Source: Octopus vulgaris
Lineage: Eukaryota
Assembly (NCBI GenBank): GCA_951406725.2
Contig: OX597819.1
Coordinates: forward strand, 48,794,001 to 48,858,000
DNA length: 64,000 nt
Reading direction: 5' to 3'
In this document: in pieces, positions 53,246-64,000 of the stretch
Numbering within the stretch: position 1 is the stretch's first letter
How the letters are laid out: each line of letters starts with the position of its first letter
Made by a program: the position numbers and the translations under genes
Notes under the pieces: model-generated
The model's database searches: none
What the model was told of the DNA's origin: nothing
What the model saw: the letters and a program-made list of their open reading frames with translations, nothing else

Positions 53246-54382
53246 TGTTAGTTAGTTAGTTAATTTTTTGGCTCAAAAGCAAAAAGCAAGGCCATGTAGG
53301 GGGACATGGAGTTATGTACAGGGAGGTGTTCATGTAAAGAGTTCAGGCCACTTGAGGTCAAGGGAGACTTTGAACCGAGCGGTCGTCGGCATCTTCACCA
53401 TCTCGTCTGGTAGCTTATTCCACGGATCCGCAACCCGGACGGAGAAAACCCCTCTCCTTCGATTGAGATGAAATCGTCGCAGATAGAGCTTTTCGGAATG
53501 ACCCCACAGCCGACGCTCTGGAGCAGGAGTGAAGAACAGCTCTTTCGAGAGGTTACACTTTCCGCTTATGATGTTGTGAGCAAGAATGAGATCTCCACGG
53601 TGTCGTCGTTTTTCTAGAGAATAAAGGTCGAGCGTCTTCAGCCTTTCTTCATAAGACAAATTCTTGAGACCAAGAACCATGCAGGTAGCCAGCTTCTGGA
53701 CTCTTTCGAGATGCTGTATGTCTTTGAGGAGATAAGGAGAAGAGGCTTGAATCCCGTACTCCAATATGGGTCTCACCAGCGTGACATAGAGCGGTAGGAA
53801 TATGGCTGCTGTGAGCATTCCGAATGACCGTCGAATCAAGAACAGAATTCTGCGTGCTTTGTTGGCAGCATGGACGCATTGGTCCGAAGGCAAAAAGGAG
53901 GAATCCACCAAGATACCCAGGTCCTTTACCTGATCGGTCCTCTCCAACAGCAGACGACCCGGCTCGAAATCAAGTTGAGTTGCAGGAGGAGAGCCAACAG
54001 GCAGATGACAGCACTTTGACACGTTCAGACACAGGTCCCATTCGTTAGACCATCTCCAAATTTGGTGGAGGCATCGACGAAGATCCTTTATATCACACAT
54101 TGGCAAATAGAAGGGTGTGTTGCGTGAGGTTGTCGGGCAAGTCATTTATGAAGACTAAGAACAATAAGGACCCAAGCACTGAACCTTCAGGCACATCACT
54201 GCTCGCACTGGAGACGTCGGACCGCGAACCATTAACTTGGACTTGGAAGGAGCGATCTGAGAGGAAGGCACCAACCCATCGTACAATATCCGGATGGAAA
54301 CTATATGCTTGAAGTTTGACAAGTAATAGGCGGTGGTTTACCGAGTCAAAAGCTTTGGCAAAGTCGAATAAAACGATGTCAA
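53246..54382 (-). mobile_element. 5'-truncated CR1-clade LINE inserted in a SINE-A TA tract
   Basis: DFAKAFDSVNH, VPEGSVLGSLLFLVFINDL, LERVQKLAT, YSLEKRRHRGDLI and FSVRVADPWNKLP; (AACT)n tail; frameshift near 54100. SINE halves lie at ~52945-53240 and 54384-54545. Confidence 0.9.
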
Positions 54383-54884
54383 AACGATGGGCTTCTTTCA
54401 GTTTCCATCTACCAAATCTATACACAAGGCTTTGGTCGGTCTGCAGCTATAGTAGAAGATGCTTGCTCAAGGTGCTACGCAGTGAGACTGAACCTGGAAC
54501 CATGTGGTTGGTAAGCAAGCTACCTACCACACAGCCACTCCTATGCAATGATCTTCTGTATTATAGGTACAAGGATTGAAATTACGGTGGTGGTCGTTGG
54601 TGTGGAGGAGCTTGTTGATTATATTGACTCCAGTGCTCAACTGGTACTTAATTTATGGACCCTGAAAGGATGAAAGGTATATGTATATGTTTGTGTGTCT
54701 GTGTTTGTCCCCCCCCCAACATCCCTTGGCAACCGATGCTGGTGTATTTACGTCCCTGTCCCTTAGCAGTTCGGCAAGAGTGCCTGTTAGAATAAACTCT
54801 AGGCTTACACAGAATAAGTCCTGGGGTCGATTTGCTCCAGCATGGCTGCAGTCAAATGACTGAAATAAATAAAAAAAAATACAA

Positions 54885-55158
54885 TTAACCAAAAAAATTC
54901 CCCGAAAGGGAAAAGGAAAAGTTCCTCACAGAGACGACCAAGGAATCCTACACCTCCAGGTTATCCTGACCGCCAAGTGCACTTCTTTCCTTCTCAACTC
55001 TTCTGGTTTATACGCAAAAGTTCAGAGTAGGTCCATTCACATGGGCCATCCTTGCCACATTCACCCGCCCTTTCAGCAAAATTATTGGGGTGCAGAATTT
55101 CCCTCTCCACCCCCATTTTCCTTTTCAAGTGGAATTTTAAAAAAAAATTGATGACAGA
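54885..55158 (-). mobile_element. Probable L1/Tx1-like LINE 3' remnant
   Basis: Minus strand reads FKFHLKRKMGVEREIL followed by a T-rich UTR; the assignment rests on recalled similarity only. Confidence 0.4.
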
Positions 55159-55184
55159 ATAATAATAGTAATAATAATAATAAT

Positions 55185-55716
55185 AAATGCCCTGATGCAG
55201 TACCAGGCAGTGGCTCTCATGGCTTCTTATCTTAACTGATTGGAGATGTTATCATGTACATCGTTTTGTCTTGGTATAGAAGATGGGCTACAGCAAATAT
55301 TCTGCTCAATCCTACAGATTTGCTTGTCAGTTGCTTGACGTTAACCAGTTGACCATGTCCCTTAGTGGCTGATGATATGTGCATCTCTGATCATGAGCAG
55401 AAATAGTTGGGGAGCATCATAGTCATGTGTTGAGAGGAATTCTTTGGGGTTTGGATAATTCACCTTTGGAAACATGGGTGTTTTGCTCAACATCCTTAAT
55501 TCTTATTCAGGGGCCTTTTGAGTGGGAAGGGTTACTCAACCTGAAGAAAATTCTAATTGGGCTGTTAATCTTGATATGAGATCACCATGTCACGCACATA
55601 TGGTTGTGATGCATGTGCCTGGTGTGCCCTATCAGACACGTAATCACGATGGGTATACTGGGCTTTGAATATTTTACCCCAGTGTCACTTTGATGGCATG
55701 CACTGCTCTCTCACTC

Positions 55717-55720
<4 letters not shown>
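55185..55720 (+). mobile_element. Interspersed repeat bounded by (AAT)n (non-LTR type, family unresolved)
   Basis: Starts aaatgccctgatgcagtaccagg and ends ctctcactcaataataa; partial copies at 46557-46759 and 52806-52926. Confidence 0.65.
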
Positions 55721-55755
<35 letters not shown>

Positions 55756-56584
55756 GATAATAATACTGGTTTCAAATTTTGGCACAAGGCCAGTAAGTTC
55801 AGAGGTTGAGGTAAGTTGATTACATTGACCCCAGTGCTCAACTGGTACTTATTTATTGACTCCCAAAAGGATGAAAGGCAAAGTCTACATTGGTGGAATT
55901 TGAACTCAGAATGTAAAGATGGACAAAATGCCGCTAAGCATTTGCCTGGCACAGTCCCTTAAAAACTAGTTTATTTTGAAAATTCATTATTGAAGGTTGC
56001 TGCTTCTGTTTTTGCTGTTGCTGGTGTCATTGCTTTTGTTGTTGATAATGATGATGATGATGTTGACGTTGATTTTGACAATTGCAATGATGACAGCAAC
56101 AACATTGATCACAATGAAAGTGAATGATAATGACAATGGTGGCAGCAATGATGATAACGATGATGATGATGACGACGATGCCGACAACGATAATAATGGT
56201 ATTTGCGATATCTTGTCAATTCTGGTTAGAGCAGATAAACTGACTGAGAAAGCCCCATAAACTTCCCTTTTCTTAAGCTACGCTCTTATATGTCTTCCAT
56301 TTTTTTTTTTTCTCAAATATCAATCCCAGAATGCTTCAGTTGTTTATTGTGTTTGCAAATGGAAAATTAAAGACCATGTTTGCACAACTGAATAGAATAT
56401 TGTAAAGTAAGGGTATGTTTGTCAATTATTTTGTTTAGTTTGTAGATTTTGTTTGTTTGCTTTGTTTTACAGGAACTAGGAGATCTACTCCTCCACTCAA
56501 CAGAAAGTAGAAATAAATGATGGAAGTCTATAGCAATTTTATTGTAGAATATCCTTTACACAGATACTTACAGTCAGAGGATAC

Positions 56585-56629
<45 letters not shown>

Positions 56630-56641
56630 GATGTAGATGCA

Positions 56642-56746
<105 letters not shown>

Positions 56747-56788
56747 TAGATTAGATGCAAACATATATATATACATATATATAAGTAG

Positions 56789-56824
<36 letters not shown>

Positions 56825-57276
56825 CATATACATACACATACATAGATAGATATAGATACATACATACATGCATACATACATACATACATACATACATACA
56901 TACATACATACATACATACATACATACATACTTACATACATACATACATATATATATATATTACAAGGTTATATTTCAATGCCATGATCAATCTTTAAAA
57001 AAGTATAGATCACATAGTTTTGATATATAAATCAACTAGATTTTCTCCTCTTTTTCTGTAGTCAATAATTATGTTCTCAGCACAAGAACAGAAAGCAGTT
57101 GAGGCTCATATGACCTACATAAGTTTGATATAGTCAGTAATAAAAAAAAAAGAAAAAAAATGAAATAATAATCCATTCTATCATCATCATCATCATCATT
57201 ATTATAAGACTGACTATATCAGAAGTCAGTATTAAAATAATAATAATGATGATGATTTCTTTAATAATGGTAAATA

Positions 57277-57765
57277 ATACTGACAGGCTCTGTTTGCCAA
57301 GAAAGGAAGGAGACAGAGGTTTGTTAAATGCAAAAGACATCATCAATGCTGTGATTTGGGGTTTGGAAAATTATGTTGTGCATAATGAGAAAAGATTATA
57401 TATTAAAAATATGAAATAAGTCACTAAAACAGGAGAAGATTTCTAGAATAGAAAGAAGAATCACATGACAAACTGCTGGAATGAGAAAGAACTCCATGAT
57501 CAATTTTTGCAATAAACTGAACTGAAGAAAGCAAAGAGAAGAATTATATTCCTCTGATTACAAAATAATGGAAGTGGACTAGATCTTTCTTCAGGTTAAT
57601 TAGATTAAAAAGGTATTAAGATTATATTGGGAGAAATCCTCCCAACTAAAAAAGGCAAAATTTATAGAACTATTTGCTGTATCTTCAAAACTCAAGAATT
57701 AGTCAAAACACAGGCTGAAACTGTTGGACATATTTGTGACTATACATTTGTGTTCCAGTACCGGA
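57277..57765 (+). mobile_element. R4/Dong-like (RLE-type) LINE remnant
   Basis: DRLCLPRKEGDRGLL (cf. RLYLPRKEGGRGL), WNEKELHDQF (cf. LHGQF) and ETVGHI (CCHC knuckle region). Confidence 0.6.
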
Positions 57766-58081
57766 TGGTGGGTGGGTGGTGGGTGGAGAGACAAATATGA
57801 GAATGGTAAGGGATACTGGAAATGATACTGGTCTGTAGCTAGTTATCCCTTTTGTATTGTACTATGGGAGATTGGTTTTCATCTGTCTTTACGTTCTGAG
57901 TTCAAATTCTGCTAAGGTCAACTTTGCCTGTCATCCTTTCAGGAGCCGATAAATTAAATACCAGTTGCAATCTGGCGTCGATCTAATCAACTGGCTTCCT
58001 CCCCCAATATTTTGGGCCTTGTACCTAGAGTAGAAAAGAGTATAAAGAGCTGAATGTCTGGAGAGACTAAGCAAAAAAGAG

Positions 58082-58121
<40 letters not shown>

Positions 58122-59934
58122 AAGAAAGAGAGAAACAAAGGTCAAGTGAAGCAGTAAAAAAGATCAACAAGCCCCAGTTTTCAAATCACCATAACCAAAA
58201 TTCTGAAGATGGCATGTAATATCCCTTTATGCTCAAACATCTTGTCCTCTCATGATGTCAGTTAGTAGTACCGTAGTATTCTTGTGCAATATCTTCAGCA
58301 TCTATCTAAGGAGCCACTATTATTATTAGAGTAATAATGATCTTTGGATCCATGGGGTTCCTTGTTTGACAGTTGGTGGTTATCTTATTTCTTTTGTTAT
58401 TATTGTTTTCCTGTCTTTGTTTCTTGTTAGTGGTTTTGTGAAAACTAGCAAGTAGCATAACCTGTCCTTGTAATGTCCCCTTATTTGTTGCCCTTGGGGC
58501 AAATAAAAAGAAATCATGATTATTTCTGTACTGTTAATGCTCTTTATTATTATCTATTTATTTAGACAAGTATTTAGGTTGGTAGGTAGGTAGGTAGATA
58601 AATAAGGAGACAAACTCAATGTTTTTTATAGTTATTATTTTCTTACAGGAGTTCTCATTGCTACCAAATCCAGTCATCATTTTAGAACCCTCTATTTTCA
58701 ATTATTATTGTAAAGCTTACAGAAGTTAAGAAATGATGTACAAAAAGCTAAGTTGGTAAAAGAGAAAAAGAAGATTCAGCCAAACAGAAAAGTATTAGTA
58801 AAGGTGGTAAATCTTCCAGCTGAATTCAAATTATCATTATCTAGTGAACCATTTTTTCTATAGTTCCAACTATCAATAAAATATGTCTTGTAATGAATCC
58901 TTCCTCAATATCTCACCAACGATTTTATGAAAGATTGACATATGATATTGTTAGTGAAGGTTATGGTAATGTGCAGTATTCATGAGCTGGAAAATAATAA
59001 GTTCCTTCCATCACACTGGTGAATAATAAAAAGAAAATACTATTTTGAATGATTAAATTTGCAACGCAAGAACACAAGAAAGAACAATCTGTATTTGTGG
59101 GAAAATTGTGAGTAAAATATCCTGGAATTCTTTGGATATATTGAAATGTCTGGATTTAGGATTGATTTGAAATGCTGATTATATGAGATCTGTGCTAAGT
59201 ACATCAGTTGATTCAATAAGTATATAAGAATTAATATCTTGCAACTGATATACTTGATCATAAATCTATCAATCTCACTAGAATATTGAATAGATTATTG
59301 AACATCGTCATGAAGTAGGAGATAGGCAAAAAGCGTGATTCCTTCTCATAATGATATAGTAAAACTTTTGTAAGTTCAAATCAATAACACTATTCTAACG
59401 CTTAAGTAGAGAAACACATGCAATATTCTTAAGAAAATGACATGAGACACATGACCAGGATAAGACAGTCATAATAAGGCTCATCTGCAAAATATTTTGC
59501 TAGAACCAAATGAACTTCAGTAAAAAGATTAATTAATTTGCCATGAATAAAAAAACCTGATAATTCAGAATCTTAAATGTATTATTATGTCTCTCATTAG
59601 AAATATCAATTAGCTCCAATGATTTTAATATGAATGGTACAGGTGCAATATCAACTTTCTGGACACTGGTGAATCAGAACCTATTACAGTTTGCACTAAT
59701 TTACATTAATGTACAGGTACCAGTATTTCATTTAGTTATTTAAATTTAACATTTGATTAGAATGCTTTGAACAAGGTAACCACCCCTGGTTTGGAAAAAT
59801 CAGTAACCCAGAAAGGCTTCGAAACTAAAAATTTTGAAAAATCAATGTTGTACCTGTATTAGATATTATAAGTAACAATTTAAGATGTAAGAGACCATAA
59901 TGTCCACCAACAGGGCTTGAACTGTGTAACTCTA

Positions 59935-60255
59935 GTGAAGGTGCATGGCTTATTGGTTAAGGTATTTAGCTCATGATCATAAGGTTGTGAGTTCAACTCC
60001 TGGCAGCATGTTCTGTCTTTGAGCAAGACACTTTAATATCAAGTTGCTCCAGTTCACTCAGCCAGTAGAAATGAGTAGTACCTGCATTTCAAAGGCCCAG
60101 CTTTGTCACATTCTGAGTTATGCTAAACCTTTCTACATTAAGGGTATGCATGTCTGTGAAGTGCTCAGCCACTTGCACATTAATTTCATGAGTAGGCTAT
60201 TCCATCGATCAAGTCAATTAGAACATTTATCATCATAACCAACAGAATGCCAGTG
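59935..60255 (+). mobile_element. SINE family C-related
   Basis: A-box tggcttattgg, B-box gagttcaactcc, body ttgagcaagacactt...gttgctccagttcactcag. Confidence 0.7.
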
Positions 60256-60833
60256 AGTAAATCGATCAGTTGCCAAATGATAACAACATTGAAGCATTCC
60301 TTGTATTATAAAAGCATTCTACTTCTGAAAATCTCACCATAACATGGTAAAACCTACTCTCCCGTTAACTTCCATGTTACATTGAAGTCAATGTTTGATA
60401 CATTTCATGTTACAGAATTCCATGTTAAGAGTTTCAGGAATGTAATATTTCTGTAACATGGGAAATGCTTATATTCTACCATTTTAACCATACTAGTTTT
60501 ATCTCCATAAGACAACTTGCCAATCACTTAACATTATTGCAATTAGTAATGTGTTCATGCAGTAAGTGATGATTATTAGTATTGTGTTGTAGTTGTCACA
60601 GGTGTGACATTATTTGTTCTGAATTTGTATTATCAAATATAATAAACAAAATTACATCCTGATTATGATACTACAAGATTAGAATCATTATAAAAAACAT
60701 TTGTCCTTTTTAGATGTTGGACTCTTTTTACATAGCACATCCAGAATATTTGCCTCTGATTTATATATGGTCTGTATCCTGTCAGAAGACTTGTTGCTTT
60801 TTTCATTCCTGTTTCAAATCAGTAATTATAATA

Positions 60834-61226
60834 CTCTTTTACTCTTTTACTTGTTTCAGTCATTTGACTGCGGCCATGCTGGAGCACCGCCTTTAGTTAA
60901 GCAAATCGACCCCGGGACTTATTCTTTGTAAGCCCAGTACTTATTCTATCGATCTCTTTTGCCGAACTGCTAAGTGACGGGGACGTAAACATACCAGCAT
61001 CGGTTGTCAAGCAATGCTAGGGGGACTAACACAAACACATACACACACATATATATATATATATACATATATACGACAGGCTCTTTCAGTTTCCGTCTAC
61101 CAAATCCACTCACAAGGCATTGGTCGGCCCGGGGCTATAGCAGAAGACACTTGCCCAAGATGCCACGCAGTGGGACTGAACCCGGAACCATGTGGTTGGT
61201 TTGCAAGCTACTTACCACACAGCCAC
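60834..61226 (-). mobile_element. SINE family A, young copy
   Basis: CpG-retaining reverse complement of the 7175-7590 family. Confidence 0.88.
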
Positions 61227-63946
61227 ACATGCATATTTAAACATTTTTTTTTAATGGTTAACAAATCAGAAATTTATGTAATCCTGTTCCTTAATTTCTT
61301 TTTATTCTTTTACTGATTTTAGTTATTGGATTGCAGCCACACTTAAGAATTTAATCTGTTATATCAACTCCAGTATTTACTTTATCAATATATAACTGTC
61401 AAACTACTTGATTATAGGAATATAAGGGGACAGAACATAAACAACAATAGTGGTTTTTAGTCTGTAATCAACGTAGACACAGACAGACACATCATCATCA
61501 TCATTTAACGTCTGTTTTCTATGCTGGCATGGGTTGGGCAGTTTGACTAAAAACTGGTAAGCCAAAGAGCTGCACCAGGTTCTGATCATATTTATATGGG
61601 AATGTTTTTGCAGCTTCCATTTACTAACTTCCACTCACAAAGAATTGGTCAGGCAAAGTCTATGATAGAAGACACTTATCCAAGATAGCATCCAATGGAA
61701 TTGGATATGGAACCATGTGGTTACAAAGCTAACTGCTTAACCACACAGCCATGCCTGCACCAATCCAGTAAGTAGTAAGCAGTGTATTTAACTAGAAAAC
61801 CAAGGTCTGTCTCTCTTCTGTTAGAAATAATGAATGCTGATATAAGACAAGATAATTGAAAGTACATCATCTTGAGTAAAAGATCAGGCAAGTCTAGAAA
61901 TGTCAAGGATTCTGTGGACTTAGCAAATATAATATTCCATTTCCCAAGTGGGATAAAAGAAGTTCATTAAGAGATTTGAGTCAATCTTAAAAGGAATATG
62001 TTAAACTCTACTACAGTGTATTCAATATACATACCGTGACAATATAATTACTCGTTTCTGTAGCATTAAGACAAGACACATCTTTTCTGTTTAGATGTTA
62101 TTTTCAGTGTGATTCTCATGAGAGATTCACATCTTTCTTTACATTCATGCAAGTTAGCTTTCAATTAATGTTATAAAAATTGTTATTTAGTCTCATTATG
62201 TCTCTCCTCTCCAAACCTCTCTCTTGTGTCTCACTATCAAAGCCTGTGCTGAACATTTTGCTTAATACTTTTATATCAGAACTACAACACTTTACAAATC
62301 CTCTACTTTTCTGTAATTCTTCTCCAGACATTAAATTGTCAGAGTTCAAGGTGAACTCTGTTGTGCAGCATTATTCCAGGTTGAATCTTATGTACATAAT
62401 ATAGTGAGCTGAAATACCACGATCAACTGATTATCCAGACAATTAATTGAAAAGAAAACTTCCTTTAGAGTGTTAAGTATCTCAAAATGTAATAAGCAAG
62501 AGATGCTACTCTCATAATATCAGTTGACCAAAAGTGTGGGGTAATATAGACAAAGTAGACTTGAGTTAATCTCTCTTGCTTGTTTTTGAATTTTAAAAAC
62601 CTCTTGAGGGAGATTTTGCTTACCACTGCTTGCATAATTTGATCAATTTTTTTTTTTTAAATTGTTTTTACATCTGTGAGCATACTGTATTTGTAGTATG
62701 TAGAATGCTTCCTTGATATATTTCCTATCATTCACATCATTGAACATTCAACTATTTTGACCTCAACAGTTGGAAAGACCTACTATGAATACTGCTGCTG
62801 TCTACCTTTGATCAACTGAATATAAAATAAGCCTTAGGAAGAGACAATGCCTAAAGCTTTTGCAGACCACTTCAAACTGATCAGGGTGAACCTATTGATA
62901 TTTAGTTTGAATTTCTGAAGATTGATGTTTATAGGGAAAATGTGGAATGAAAAAGATTTCCATAAATTTTAGAGATAAAAGGGTTAAGCAAAGAACTAAG
63001 TACAATTTCTTGTGGGGAGACATTGTAGGGTTGATAAATTAAGTATCAGTTGCATACTGGGGTCAATCTAATTGACTGGCAATTCCTCCAAAATTTCAGG
63101 CCTTGTGCCTAGAGTAGAAAAGAATATTGGTGCTATAGAGAGGAGAGATTTGTTGCATGGACAACTGTTAGTCTTCCATAAAAATATAACCTGGAGAGTG
63201 AGTTTCCAGTTAAAGACATCTAGTCAACTCTCACAAATGTTGTTGTCTCTCACAGGAAAATGATTGTATTGTGTACAAAAATTTAAGAAGTGAATTAATG
63301 AATGTATAAAATTAAAAGTAACAAGGAGCAGGTCGTGAGATCAGTATTGAGTTCTTTATTAAATTTGCCCCTTAATGAATTTATTTTAAAATCTTTTTCA
63401 TTACCATGAACATTTTAAGACCTGTTAAATCATTAAATCAGTGATTTTTTTTTTTAGTGAGAAAACACATTAGAACAAATATGATGTTTTGTATAGGATT
63501 ATGGAAATACTGATTGATATTTCAACATTGTTATACACTGATCTATTTCAATTAATGCTTTTAACTTGGTTGTTATAGTTATGCTTTGGTTGCTGTATCC
63601 TCCAGTCTTTTCCAGTTCAAATACATTTGTGCATATTTCTTTTTAGCACAAGATCTGCAATTTTGAGGGCAAATGGCTAATTAGTTACATCAATCTGTTG
63701 AGCACTGGGCGTCAACAGATACTTATTTTATCAACCTCAAAAGGATGAAAGACAGTGTCAACCTTGGTGGCATATGAACTCAGGACATAAAGCTGGTAGA
63801 AATGTCACTAAGCATTTTGTCCATATGCCAACAATTCTGCTAGATTACCATCTCATATCTGTGTATAATAGAGATAATTCCTCAGCTCAGAAATTCAAAT
63901 AAAAGAATTGTCTTTCAATATCAATTCAATAAAAATAGTTCTCATA

Positions 63947-64000
63947 GGCGCAGGAGTGGCTGTGTGGTAAGTAGCTTGCTAACCAACCACATGGTTCCGG
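63947..64000 (+). mobile_element. SINE family A head (cut by the window end)
   Basis: ggcgcaggagtggctgtgtggtaagtagcttgc. Confidence 0.8.

Overview
AT-rich, microsatellite-dense eukaryotic DNA in which I could not support any host protein-coding exon, so it reads as intronic or intergenic. The SINE, LINE and Penelope families resemble those I associate with octopus/coleoid cephalopod genomes; this is an inference from recalled repeat families, not a database result. The window is a nest of mobile elements: many tRNA-derived SINEs of at least three families, RTE, CR1, R4/Dong-like and Tx1-like LINE remnants, four mariner copies, three hAT-type non-autonomous elements, two Helitrons, an LTR-like insert, and tandem arrays with 63, 86, 114, ~176 and 360 bp units. 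Most ORFs in the track are microsatellite or SINE artefacts. The standout is a young 360-bp tandem-plus-inverted array at 15559-16767 carrying three complete type I hammerhead ribozyme motifs and one truncated copy, a candidate non-LTR retrozyme that could yield a circular RNA. A second, unrelated hammerhead lies ~400 bp away (15100-15169) and a third in an inverted Penelope-type repeat at 36.3-36.9 kb. The RTE ORF2 also carries a C4HC3 PHD-like finger just downstream of its RT core. Structures were folded by eye, and boundaries of degenerate elements are approximate.
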